Source: Steroidobacteraceae bacterium (lineage in GTDB: Bacteria > Pseudomonadota > Gammaproteobacteria > Steroidobacterales > Steroidobacteraceae). Taken from it: DNA of 64,000 nt. The stretch is taken from contig JBAUOO010000043.1 of NCBI GenBank assembly GCA_049579785.1, positions 11,335 through 75,334 on the forward strand. The letters are read 5' to 3'. Positions 1 through 9,469 of this stretch are shown here, piece after piece (the first letter of the stretch is position 1; every line of letters begins with the position of its first letter). The position numbers and the translations under genes were made by a program. The notes beneath the pieces were generated by a model. The model was not told where the DNA came from and made no database searches. It was given only the letters and a program-made list of their open reading frames with translations.

Positions 1-1
1 A

Positions 2-157
2 GCCGGCGGGCTGTCGGTGGCGAATGTGGGAGAGGCGATTCGGTCCGTGCGGCCATTTGGGGTGGATCTGTGCTCCGGGGTACGCACCGAAGGGCGACTG
101 GATGCGACCAAGCTGAGCGCATTCGTAGAGGCGGTGCGCCACGCAGATCGGGGATGA
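2..157 (+). CDS. trpF: Phosphoribosylanthranilate isomerase, C-terminal fragment (5' end lies outside the window)
   Basis: Frame 2 from the window edge reads AGGLSVANVGEAIRSVRPFGVDLCSGVRTEGRLDATKLSAFVEAVRHADRG*. This fits the conserved TrpF C-terminal GVDxxSGVE...G.KD..K motif. TGA at 155-157. Confidence 0.6.
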   Translation, partial: AGGLSVANVGEAIRSVRPFGVDLCSGVRTEGRLDATKLSAFVEAVRHADRG

Positions 158-189
158 GCGCGCGCTCGAGCCCCGGCGGGGACGGGCTT

Positions 190-2196
190 TCAGATGAAAT
201 CGCGCTCGATCGCCACATCCCACTGCCGCTCCGCCACGATCTCTCCATTGTGTCGAGCGGTCAGCGTCCCCGAGAGATAGAAGTTGATCTTGTCGCTGCG
301 CATCTCGGTCCGGGTGTCGATCACGGTCCGCCAGCCGTCGCGTCCCATCTCATAAGTCTGGGTCAGTCGATAGCGCGCCGACAGCGGATCGTCGTCCTTG
401 ATCGTCAAATCACGCTTCAGACTATGCGCGATCTCGACGTCGACTTCGTCGAAGCGCAGAATGCCCTCGCCGAACAAGCCGCCAATTCCCTCGGTAACAT
501 ACCTCGCCTCCCCGGTCACATGGTCGTGAGTGCTCAAGCGACGGACCAGGCCGGGATCGATGCGGGTGATCGGCGTCTTCGGGCCATGGACCGGCCGCTC
601 GAACGACACCTTTGAGCCCGCATCCGCCCAACGGGCGGGCAGCTCGAGGGTGCTTCCCGAAAGGCGGACGGCGATGCTGGCCGGGTACGGGGCGGGCCAG
701 AGCATCGGCCAGTAGGCGGTCGCGATTGACAGTCTCAGGCGATGGCCCCGAGGAAATCGATGCCCACACGCCTTCAGTGCCACCGTGACCTCGTAGTAAA
801 GCCCCGGCTCCAGTGCCGAAGGACGTTCATGGCCGTCCCGATGGGTGAGATTCAACACCTGGTAGCTGACGCGCGTGATTGTATCGTCCGGCGCAATGTC
901 GGACAGTCGCACCGAGAGCTGCGCGACGGGTGCATCGGAGGCGAGTCGCAGGCGAAGCAGCGGCGAGCCCAGAACGCAGATCTCCTCATCGAGAGCGGCG
1001 GTGTCGAACGCGAGGGCACCGCCGTCGTCGAGCCGTTGGTCGGTTGAGTGCTCGCCCGGGCAGCCGGTCGCCATCCACTCGCCGGCCGTTTCGCCGTGAC
1101 TCTGGGGGGAGCGGATCCTCAGCACCGTGCCGCCTCCATCGGGCTGCTCACCGAGGCTTCGGTCCGCGCGCAGATGCAGCCGGCGCGGCCTGATGTTCGA
1201 GGACGGATAGGAACGCTCGCCGACCCAGCGACCCGGTATGAACTCGCGGGTACCGTCCGGGGCGACCGGGTCCTCGAGGTAAGCCCGCAGCATCGGCTCA
1301 TTCATGATTCCGGTGTCTTCACCCTTGAGCCATTGACCCCACCAGCGGATCGCCTCCTGCAGATAGCCGATTGCGGGGCCGGGCACCCCGTCGTGCGGGT
1401 AGAGGTGCCCCCAAGGGCCAATGATGCCGAGCCGCGGCACCTTCAGTTTCTCGAGCAGTCTCGGGACCGCATTCGTGTAGGCATCCGACCAGCCGCCGAT
1501 CGCCAACACCGGGCATTGGATCGCGGCATAATCCTCGCAAACGGAACCGTGTTTCCAGTAATCGTCATAGCGCTGGTGGCGTAGCCAAAGCGCCGGGAAG
1601 AACGGCAGCTGCTCGAGTCGCTCGAGCCACTGTCCTCGCCATGCGGAGCCGACGATTTGTGGATCGAGCGGACGGCTCTGGTAGGCGAGCATGATGCTGC
1701 CCCACCAGAGATTGTCATTGAGCAGACAGCCGCCCATGTAATGAATGTCGTCGGTGTAGCGGTTGTCCGTCGAGAAAGTCGTGATGATCGCCTTGAGCGC
1801 GGGCGGGCGGCGCGCCGCGACCTGCAACGCATTGAAGCCTCCCCAGGATTTGCCCTGCATGCCGACCGCGCCGCTGCACCAAGGCTGCTGGGCGATCCAC
1901 GCAATCACCTCGAGTGCATCGTCCTGCTCCTGTTCGAGGTATTCGTCCGCCAGCCGGCCATCGGACTCCCCGGAGCCGCGCATGTCGACACGGATGGCTG
2001 CATAGCCGTGCTCGGCGAAGTAGCCGTGCATGGGCTCATCGCGCGCCCGTGTCCCGTCGCGCTTGCGATACGGAATGTATTCGAGCACTGCGGGGACCGG
2101 CTCGCGGAACGCGGTTGGCGGGAGCCAGAGTCGCGCGCCGAGACGGCATCCGTCGCTTAGCGTGATCCAGACATGCTCCTCGACGTGCACTGACAT
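190..2196 (-). CDS. CocE/NonD family hydrolase (S15 X-Pro dipeptidyl-peptidase-like alpha/beta hydrolase)
   Basis: 668-aa ORF. N-terminal LEYIPYRKRDGT...GYAAIRVDMRGSGESDG and nucleophile elbow GKSWGG are typical of the CocE/NonD family. Last gene of a co-directional operon. Confidence 0.85.
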   Translation of the reverse strand: MSVHVEEHVWITLSDGCRLGARLWLPPTAFREPVPAVLEYIPYRKRDGTRARDEPMHGYFAEHGYAAIRVDMRGSGESDGRLADEYLEQEQDDALEVIAWIAQQPWCSGAVGMQGKSWGGFNALQVAARRPPALKAIITTFSTDNRYTDDIHYMGGCLLNDNLWWGSIMLAYQSRPLDPQIVGSAWRGQWLERLEQLPFFPALWLRHQRYDDYWKHGSVCEDYAAIQCPVLAIGGWSDAYTNAVPRLLEKLKVPRLGIIGPWGHLYPHDGVPGPAIGYLQEAIRWWGQWLKGEDTGIMNEPMLRAYLEDPVAPDGTREFIPGRWVGERSYPSSNIRPRRLHLRADRSLGEQPDGGGTVLRIRSPQSHGETAGEWMATGCPGEHSTDQRLDDGGALAFDTAALDEEICVLGSPLLRLRLASDAPVAQLSVRLSDIAPDDTITRVSYQVLNLTHRDGHERPSALEPGLYYEVTVALKACGHRFPRGHRLRLSIATAYWPMLWPAPYPASIAVRLSGSTLELPARWADAGSKVSFERPVHGPKTPITRIDPGLVRRLSTHDHVTGEARYVTEGIGGLFGEGILRFDEVDVEIAHSLKRDLTIKDDDPLSARYRLTQTYEMGRDGWRTVIDTRTEMRSDKINFYLSGTLTARHNGEIVAERQWDVAIERDFI

Positions 2197-2206
2197 CCTC
2201 GCGATC

Positions 2207-3388
2207 CTAAGGGTTGTCGATGAGCTGCAGCGACGCGGTGGCGCGCGCTGCGCGCCGGTGCATCAGCGATGCCAGCGCATACATCCCCACGCTGAGGCAC
2301 GCCGCGACGGCGACCAGCCACACTACGGCAAGAAAGTCCTTCGGACTCACGAACGGCGCCGCCAGGGCCGCTCCAGCCGCCGAGCCGAAAAACGCGCACG
2401 CGCCGGTGAGCGCCACGGCGCGGCCGCTCGCATCGACGGTGTTTACGAGGGTGAATTGATACGCGAGGGAGTAGCACCAAGCGAAGTAGTAGAGGATGCC
2501 CGCGGTCCCGAAGGCGAGTACGCCATGAGTCATACCGAGCAACAGTCCCGCAATCAGCATGAGGCAGCCGGCCGATGCCAGCGGCCCGAGGCTCCCGAAT
2601 CGCCTCCCCTGTGCTGAGGCGAGTAGCCCGCCCGGAATTCCAGCCGCGACACTCAAGGCGACACAATCGGCGATCACGCGAGTCGCGAAGCCCTGCGCCT
2701 GCCCCATCAGCTCGATGTACGTCCAATACGCTCCCGCGCCCACAAAGAAAACGGTGAACCCCGCGAAAGCGAGCAGCGTCGCCGCTCGGAACACCCCGCT
2801 TCGGTGCTCGCGCGATATCGAGCGTCCGCGCGCCGGCAGCAGCGGCGTCAAGAGGATGGCAAGAGCCGCCGGCACCGCGAGCAGAACCAGAACGCCACTC
2901 AGTCCCGAAACACGCAGCAGCAGGGGTCCGGCCCAGAGCGCGGCGATCTGATAGGCCGCCTGCGCGGAGATCGCCGTGCCAAAGCTGCGGGTCGACTCAT
3001 GGCCATCGGAGATGATCGTCATGCCGAGCGAGAATGCGGCGCTGGCGAAAAAGGCCGCGGCTCCCTGCATCGATACGAATGCCCAGTAGCCCTGCAGGCG
3101 AAGGGCGATCAGTAGACAAAGACACATGCCGCCGAGCCCGACCGCGGCCGCACGCGGCCAGGAGAGCGAGCGGACCCAGAACCCGGCCAAGAGGGCGCTG
3201 AGGCCCGAAGCCACGGTCAGGATCGAGGAGAGGATTCCGACCTGGCGCGTCGAGAATCCGAGCTTGTCCGCCGCGCCAGCCGTGAGCAGCGGCAGGATGT
3301 TGAACATGCTGCCGCCGATGATCACCAGCGCGAGCCCGGTGCCTGCGACAGCCCGGCGTTGGGAGCGAGGCGGGTCGCTTGCCGACAT
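2207..3388 (-). CDS. MFS transporter
   Basis: Start taken at internal ATG (M138 of the 530-aa track ORF, MSASDPP...). About 12 hydrophobic segments. Its ATG overlaps the upstream stop (TGATG). The upstream part of the track ORF is Arg-rich shadow over the flavoenzyme gene. Confidence 0.75.
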   Translation of the reverse strand: MSASDPPRSQRRAVAGTGLALVIIGGSMFNILPLLTAGAADKLGFSTRQVGILSSILTVASGLSALLAGFWVRSLSWPRAAAVGLGGMCLCLLIALRLQGYWAFVSMQGAAAFFASAAFSLGMTIISDGHESTRSFGTAISAQAAYQIAALWAGPLLLRVSGLSGVLVLLAVPAALAILLTPLLPARGRSISREHRSGVFRAATLLAFAGFTVFFVGAGAYWTYIELMGQAQGFATRVIADCVALSVAAGIPGGLLASAQGRRFGSLGPLASAGCLMLIAGLLLGMTHGVLAFGTAGILYYFAWCYSLAYQFTLVNTVDASGRAVALTGACAFFGSAAGAALAAPFVSPKDFLAVVWLVAVAACLSVGMYALASLMHRRAARATASLQLIDNP

Positions 3389-5427
3389 CAAAGATCCTTG
3401 GCCAGCCGCAGAGCATCGTAGATCGCCGCGTGCGTGTTGCGCGAGGCAACCGCATCGCCGAGGCGAAGGAGCTGAAAGCTCCCTTGGGCATTCGAGCTGA
3501 CGGTCTGGGGAAGACCCGCGATGAGGCGCTCGTATTCGACCTCCCCGAGGTTCCTCGACAGGGGCTTGAGCTCCAGATACAGCTCCTCGTTGGGAATCGT
3601 CCCGTGATTGATCACGATCTGATCGGCTCGCCTTTCCTTGCGTACACCCCCGTAATCGCTTCCCACGACCGCAAGCAGCCGATCGCCTTCGCGGGCTACG
3701 CGCTCGAGGCGAAATGTCACCGTAAAAGTCACATCGAGCTTCTGCAGGCTGCGCATGTAGGGAACGAGATTCATGCCCATGATCTCGGGCGCAAAACACC
3801 GGTCAGGCGTCATGATTTCGAGTTTCGCGCCGCTCTCGGCGATGATCTCGGCGGCCTGAAGCCCCGCGTGATCGCCGGCATCATCGAACAGCAGCACATC
3901 GCTGCCGGGAGGGACGCTCCCCGAGAGAATATCCCAGCTCGAGACCACCAGCGCGTTTCCCGACTCCAGCACCTCGGTGTGTGGCAGACCTCCGGTGGCC
4001 AGGATGACCACTTCGGGCTCCGCCGCCATCACCGCTTGCGCATCGGCATAGGTGTCGAAACGAAAGCGCACACCATGCGCGATGCACTGCGCCATCCTCC
4101 AGTCGATGATACCGAGCATTTCCCGGCGCCGGCGGCTGCGCGCGGCGAGGCGGATCTGGCCTCCGGGCGCCGAGCCCGCCTCCAACACGAGCACCTCGTG
4201 GCCACGCTCGGCTGCCACACGCGCCGCTTCGAGGCCGCCGGGGCCGGCGCCGACGATGAGGACCTTGCGCCTTACCGCCGCGGGAGCGATCTCGTGCGGC
4301 ATCGCAAGCTCGCGGCCGGTGGCGGCATTGTGGATGCAGTAGGCGGAGCCCCCCTGATAGATCCGATCGAGGCAATAGTTGGCCCCCACACAGGGGCGGA
4401 TGTCCTCTTCCCGGCCGGTGGCGAGCTTGCGCACGATGTGGGGATCGGCCATGTGCGGCCGGGTCAAGCCCACCATGTCCAACTTGCCGGAAGCGATCGC
4501 ATGTCGCGCCGTGGCGATATCCTGTATCCGCCCCGCATGGAAGGTCGGCAGACCGATTGCCGCGCGGATCTCGCCCGCGAAGTCGAGGTGCGGCGCGCTT
4601 GGCATCCCTTGAATCGGGATCACGTCGGTCAGTCCGGCATCGGTGTCGATGTGTCCACGGATGACGTCGAGAAAATCCACCATACCGCTAGCCTTGAGGC
4701 AGCGGGAGATCTCGAGCCCGTCCGCCCGCGTCAGTCCGCCCGCGAGCAGCTCGTCCGCGGTGTAGCGGATGCCGACGATGAACTGCGGGCCCACGCGCTT
4801 GCGAATCGCGGCGAGCACCTCGAAGGTGAAGCGCATGCGGTTCTCGAGCGAACCCCCGTAGGGCGGCTCGAGGTCGTTCGTCGCCGGTGACCAGAACTGG
4901 TCGATGAGATGGCCGTAGGCCTCGATCTCGATGCCATCGAGGCCCGCGGCCTGCATGCGCTCGGCGGCATCGGCAAAATCCGCGACGATTCGGCGGATGT
5001 CCCACTCTTCGATCTTCTTGGGAAAGGCGCGGTGCGCGGCTTCCCGGCGGTGCGAGGATGAGACGACCGGCAGCCAGGAGCTGCGGTCCCAGCGGGTGCG
5101 GCGGCCGAGATGGGTGATCTGGATCATCACGGCGGCGCCGTGCTCGTGGCAGGCGTCCGCGAGCTCCTTCATCCACCGCACCACCTCGTCCTGGTAGAGC
5201 AGGATGTTGTTGAACACCGGCGGGCTGTCGCGCGAGACCGCCGCGGAGCCTGCGGTCATGGTCAGTGCGATGCCCCCTTTGGCGCGCTCGACGTGGTAGG
5301 CGCGGTAGCGCGCCTTCGGCATGCCCTGCTCCGAATAGGCCGGCTCGTGCGCGGTGGTCATGATCCGGTTGCGCAGCACGAGGTGCTTCAACTGGTAAGG
5401 CTGCAGCAATGGATCGATAGAGCTCAC
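3388..5427 (-). CDS. Two-domain NADH:flavin oxidoreductase (OYE-like FMN domain plus FAD/NAD(P)-binding domain). Architecture as in 2,4-dienoyl-CoA reductase and the TMADH/DgcA/StcD N-demethylases.
   Basis: 679 aa. N-terminal OYE-type LKHLVLRNRIMTTAHE...GGIALTMT. Central Cys segment CVGANYCLDRIYQGGSAYC. Rossmann motif VLIVGAGPGGLEAA. Confidence 0.8.
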   Translation of the reverse strand: MSSIDPLLQPYQLKHLVLRNRIMTTAHEPAYSEQGMPKARYRAYHVERAKGGIALTMTAGSAAVSRDSPPVFNNILLYQDEVVRWMKELADACHEHGAAVMIQITHLGRRTRWDRSSWLPVVSSSHRREAAHRAFPKKIEEWDIRRIVADFADAAERMQAAGLDGIEIEAYGHLIDQFWSPATNDLEPPYGGSLENRMRFTFEVLAAIRKRVGPQFIVGIRYTADELLAGGLTRADGLEISRCLKASGMVDFLDVIRGHIDTDAGLTDVIPIQGMPSAPHLDFAGEIRAAIGLPTFHAGRIQDIATARHAIASGKLDMVGLTRPHMADPHIVRKLATGREEDIRPCVGANYCLDRIYQGGSAYCIHNAATGRELAMPHEIAPAAVRRKVLIVGAGPGGLEAARVAAERGHEVLVLEAGSAPGGQIRLAARSRRRREMLGIIDWRMAQCIAHGVRFRFDTYADAQAVMAAEPEVVILATGGLPHTEVLESGNALVVSSWDILSGSVPPGSDVLLFDDAGDHAGLQAAEIIAESGAKLEIMTPDRCFAPEIMGMNLVPYMRSLQKLDVTFTVTFRLERVAREGDRLLAVVGSDYGGVRKERRADQIVINHGTIPNEELYLELKPLSRNLGEVEYERLIAGLPQTVSSNAQGSFQLLRLGDAVASRNTHAAIYDALRLAKDL

Positions 5428-5452
5428 TCCCGCTGGGCGCCCGAGCTCGCCC

Positions 5453-8011
5453 TCAGAACATGTATGACAGCCGCACCCCGATCACGCGCGGCTCGTTCAC
5501 CACGTAGTCATCGGTAAGGCCATCGAGCGCGACCAACGTCGGCGGCGAGAGTATCTCCTGCTTGTCGGCGATGTTGGTGACGTAAATCGTCGCCTGCCAC
5601 GGGTCGTGGCTCACCGCGGCCGAGAGGTTCATGACCAGGTAGCTCGAGGATTGCTGGACTGCCGTGGTGCCTTCGGCGGCCGTGAGCCCCATGAGCACGG
5701 CGCTATGGTAGCTGCCGTTGAGCGACAGTGACAGCGCATACCCCGGCATGATCATGTGGTCATAGTCGATCGCCGCCGTGATGCTCGTCTTGGGGCTGCC
5801 CGGCATCTGCTCGCCCGACTTGCCCGAGATCTCCCCGGGCGTAATGACGCCCAGGCCGTTGTTCGCCGGCAGCGAGAAGTCGCTCGTCAGCTTGGCATCG
5901 GCGTACGAGACGCCGACGTTGTATGTCAGGCCGCGCAGGATGAGCGGTCCCGCGGTCTGGAGCTCGAAGCCCTTGGACTCCGCGGTGTTGCCGTTGTAGA
6001 CGGCGAGGTTTCCGGAGGGCAGGCTCGAGGATATCTGCGGCTTGTCCCACTTGACGTCAAACACATCGAACGCGTAGGTGAGTGCATTGGCGAATCGTCC
6101 CTTGAGTCCAACCTCGTAGTTGTTGGTCCGGTCCGGCGCGTAGCTCGAAAGCAGCGGGCTTTCCTGGAAGGGGCCGGTCAGCGGCACCGAATTGGCCCCA
6201 CCCCGGCGAAAGCCCTGCGACCAGAGCGCATAGACGTACTGATCGGTGGCGTACTGGTAAGAGATGTCGACCTTGCCGATGTTCGTCGAGCTCGGGGCGT
6301 GGTGGGGAGTCGCCGGGATCAGCGTCGGGAACGTGAAATCGTCATAGAGCTGCGCATCGGTGAACTGCTCCTCGAAGTGCCGAAAGCCGCCCGTCACCTG
6401 CGCACGCGAAGCGAAGTGCCACGTGAGGTCGCCGTAGACGGATTTCTCCTCGAAGTGCTGCGTGTCGACCTGGGTGAAGTCAAGATCGCCCGGCCCGGCG
6501 AGTGCGAGACATTCCGGATACGTCGCCCCGTAGTAAGCCGGGCTCGTGCAGCCCTGCACCAGCGACCGCTCCGGCGTACCCGGGTTGGCGATGTTCCAGG
6601 CACCCTCGCGGGTCTCGTCATCGTAGAAAGCCCCGATGACGTAGTCGAACAGGTTCCAGAGCCGGGTATTCGACACCAGGCGCAGCTCCTGGGTGAAGGC
6701 GTGCGAGCGGTCGTCGAACTGGTAGTCGTACACGAACCGGGGGTTGGTCGGGATGCCGGCGTAGTACGGCAGATACGCGCCGCCATCGACGCCCGCCAGG
6801 CGGTACGTGTCATCTTCCATCACATGCCCGGTGGTCGTGTGGTAGGAGCTCGTCGATGCGAGCGTGGCAAATCCCGCGTCGTAGCTCATATCGAGGCTGG
6901 TGAGATTGGTGTAGCGCGAAAACGGCTGATCGACCTGCGAGAACTCCTGGTAGGGACCGCCTGCCGGCAAGGTCACGTTCGGATCGAGCGGCGAGAGGCC
7001 GCCCGGAAAATCCGGATTCACCTGCGGTCCGCCATCGCCACGCAGATCGCTCTGCAGGATCGCGAGCACGGCCTTGAACGAATCAATCGGCTGCCACAGG
7101 AGCGCCGCGCGGCCCGTAAAGGTCTTCTGCCAATTCCAGTCCGCGTGGCCGGAGTAAAGGGCCGAGCTGCCGACCGGATCGGCGGGATTGGCGAGCTCGG
7201 GAATGCCGCTGATCCCGGGGCTCGTGCGCTTCAGAAGCCCATAGACGTCGATCCAGCCGGGCTGATAGTCGTACTTGGCGGCGACACGGAAGGCCATCGT
7301 GCTCGCGATGGGCAGATTGAGGATGCCATCGAGGGTATAGCCGTTGCCGCTCGAATGGGCGACTCGGTCGCCACCCACCTCCACCTCGCCCGAGGTGCTG
7401 TGGAGCTGCGGATCGTTCGGAATCAGCCGCAGGGCGCCGCCGAGGGAGCCCGCGCCGTAGAGCGTGCCCTGCGGCCCGCGCAGCACCTCGATGCGCTGCA
7501 AGTCGATGAGTTGGATATACCCATCGACCGGGGAGTTGCCGACATACACCCCGACAGGGCTTTCCTCGAAGCTGCGAAAGCCCCGAATCGGCTCCCCCGT
7601 GGCGTTGATCCCGCGGATGATGGGTACGGTGGCGCCCGCGAGCCGCGAGCCGTAATCGTACATACTGAGGCCCGGCACCTCGTTGGCGAGCGAGGCGATG
7701 TCCGTGACGCCTGCGTTCGAGAGCTGCTGCGGCGTGATGACCGTGAGGCTGTACGGCACCGATTCGGCCGTCTGCGGGCGGCGGGTGGCGGTGACCGTGA
7801 TCTCCTGCAGCGTCTGCGGCACCTCATCGCTGGCACTTGGGAGCGAGGCGCCCTGCGCCGCCGGCGCCTCATCGGCAGGATCGGCGGCTCGAACCGCTTG
7901 CGGCTGCCCATAGAGGGCCAGGCACACGGCCGCGCCCACCGCGCTCAGTGCCCGTCGCTGGGCCGGGAACTGCCGCCTGGCGCCATCTCGCCTCGAGATC
8001 GATTCTTGCAT
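5453..8011 (-). CDS. TonB-dependent outer-membrane receptor
   Basis: 852 aa. Signal peptide, plug region (EITVTATRRPQTAESVPYSLTVI), long beta-barrel and terminal ...RLSYMF aromatic residue. Confidence 0.9.
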   Translation of the reverse strand: MQESISRRDGARRQFPAQRRALSAVGAAVCLALYGQPQAVRAADPADEAPAAQGASLPSASDEVPQTLQEITVTATRRPQTAESVPYSLTVITPQQLSNAGVTDIASLANEVPGLSMYDYGSRLAGATVPIIRGINATGEPIRGFRSFEESPVGVYVGNSPVDGYIQLIDLQRIEVLRGPQGTLYGAGSLGGALRLIPNDPQLHSTSGEVEVGGDRVAHSSGNGYTLDGILNLPIASTMAFRVAAKYDYQPGWIDVYGLLKRTSPGISGIPELANPADPVGSSALYSGHADWNWQKTFTGRAALLWQPIDSFKAVLAILQSDLRGDGGPQVNPDFPGGLSPLDPNVTLPAGGPYQEFSQVDQPFSRYTNLTSLDMSYDAGFATLASTSSYHTTTGHVMEDDTYRLAGVDGGAYLPYYAGIPTNPRFVYDYQFDDRSHAFTQELRLVSNTRLWNLFDYVIGAFYDDETREGAWNIANPGTPERSLVQGCTSPAYYGATYPECLALAGPGDLDFTQVDTQHFEEKSVYGDLTWHFASRAQVTGGFRHFEEQFTDAQLYDDFTFPTLIPATPHHAPSSTNIGKVDISYQYATDQYVYALWSQGFRRGGANSVPLTGPFQESPLLSSYAPDRTNNYEVGLKGRFANALTYAFDVFDVKWDKPQISSSLPSGNLAVYNGNTAESKGFELQTAGPLILRGLTYNVGVSYADAKLTSDFSLPANNGLGVITPGEISGKSGEQMPGSPKTSITAAIDYDHMIMPGYALSLSLNGSYHSAVLMGLTAAEGTTAVQQSSSYLVMNLSAAVSHDPWQATIYVTNIADKQEILSPPTLVALDGLTDDYVVNEPRVIGVRLSYMF

Positions 8012-8161
8012 CGCGATCGCCCCCGGGGAACTGGTTGTCGTGACGGATGGGGCGCTCCGCGCCGCTCGCTTTGATTCGCATCCACGGGCCGTGCGCTGGA
8101 TGCGCCTTTGCCAGACTACGCGCGCATCGCGCGAGCAGCCTTCGTTCGCGCAGCGGATTTG

Positions 8162-9256
8162 CTAGGAGTTTGGCCGCAAATGCGACTTGCGGCTTCTGAT
8201 ATCGATCGGACGCATGCCGAAGTGGCGGCGAAAGGCCGTGGTGAAGGAGGTCGGATGGGCATAGCCGATCGCTTCGCCCGCCTGCTCGACCGACCAACCC
8301 TGCTCCCGAATCAAGGTCAGCGCATGGCGCATCCGACAGCGCAGGCTGAAATCGAAGATGGTTTCCCCGAAGACGGCCTTGAAGCCCTTGGTCAGAATCG
8401 ACTTCGACATGCCGACCGAGTGAGCGAGCTTGTCGATCGTGGGTGCCGGCGCGAACTGGCGCATCAGCACCGCCCGCGCCGCATGCAGGCACTTGAGCTC
8501 ACGGTCACTGTACTGCTCTGCCGGCGCTCCGGTGAGCGCCGAGAGGCTCGCCACCGCATGGCACACGAGCTCCAAAGCAAGCGCCTCGGTATATACGAGC
8601 GCGAGCGGACCCATATGTCGATTATTGATGAGCCGCGTGGCGACCTCGAACGTTTGCGCGCAGAGCGGATGCTGGCAATAGTTGATTTTCTCCCCTGAGC
8701 TCGAGGCAAACGCCTTGAGCGGTTCCGGTACCTCCACGCCGGCGGGCAGGAACGTCTCGGCGAGAAACTCCGGTCGCATGCTGACGATGATGAACTGCTC
8801 CCGGGCTCGTGGGGCGGTCCATTCGCTGATGTCCACCCCCTTGGGCTGGGACCAGACCAGGAGTGAGGGGCGGTTCCACCGCACCGGCTCGCTGCGACTC
8901 ACCGCGAGGGTCAGATCGCCTGAGATCTTGAAATCAAACTGTACGAGCCCGTCTCCCGGCACCAGCTCGATCCGAGGATCCTTGTAGGCGAAGTTGGCCA
9001 CCACGACGTAGATCTCGTCCCGAATGCGGGTGAACTCCCAGTAGCCTTCGCCTTCCTCCGGGGCGACGGCCACTCGCGCGCCGATCAGATCCCGGGTCGG
9101 GTGGCGCAGGACCCGCTCGACGTGGGGGGTGCGCTCGAGACTTGCGAACGCATCAGCGAGGGTGTGTCCGGGACCGGCGAGTATCGCCCGGAACAGCCCC
9201 TGGCCGGCGGACCAGCCTGCTTGAGCCTGCGCGGGCTTGTGGTTCTCGAAGCTCAC
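8162..9256 (-). CDS. AraC family transcriptional regulator
   Basis: 364 aa. C-terminal double HTH (IDKLAHSVGMSKSILTKGFKAVFG...GYAHPTSFTTAFRRHFGMRP). Sits upstream of the TBDR operon and divergent from the MttB-like gene. Confidence 0.85.
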   Translation of the reverse strand: MSFENHKPAQAQAGWSAGQGLFRAILAGPGHTLADAFASLERTPHVERVLRHPTRDLIGARVAVAPEEGEGYWEFTRIRDEIYVVVANFAYKDPRIELVPGDGLVQFDFKISGDLTLAVSRSEPVRWNRPSLLVWSQPKGVDISEWTAPRAREQFIIVSMRPEFLAETFLPAGVEVPEPLKAFASSSGEKINYCQHPLCAQTFEVATRLINNRHMGPLALVYTEALALELVCHAVASLSALTGAPAEQYSDRELKCLHAARAVLMRQFAPAPTIDKLAHSVGMSKSILTKGFKAVFGETIFDFSLRCRMRHALTLIREQGWSVEQAGEAIGYAHPTSFTTAFRRHFGMRPIDIRSRKSHLRPNS

Positions 9257-9469
9257 GATCGCGAATTCTCCCGCTCAGCGCGCTGCAACGGCATAATCAT
9301 GCGGGAGCCCCGCTCCCGCGCCAGACGGCTCGCTCGATCGCAATCATGGCCGATTTCCTAGCAATAGCATACGTGCGCAAAGCCCGTATGCCCGAGGGCG
9401 CGCTATCGTCCCGCGGGTTTCGAGCATTTCCCTCTGGGCTGCGCCTGCACCCGATGACGGAGAAGTCCC

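Noticed and set aside
3389-3799. N-terminal extension of the 530-aa track ORF 2207-3799
   Set aside because: It overlaps the flavoenzyme 3' end and is Arg-rich. The MFS hydrophobic core begins only after the internal ATG at 3388.
5756-8074. 772-aa plus-strand ORF antisense to the TonB-dependent receptor
   Set aside because: It is Arg/Ala/Gly-rich and low-complexity with no recognisable motifs. It shares third-codon positions with a clearly real gene on the other strand, a typical high-GC shadow ORF.
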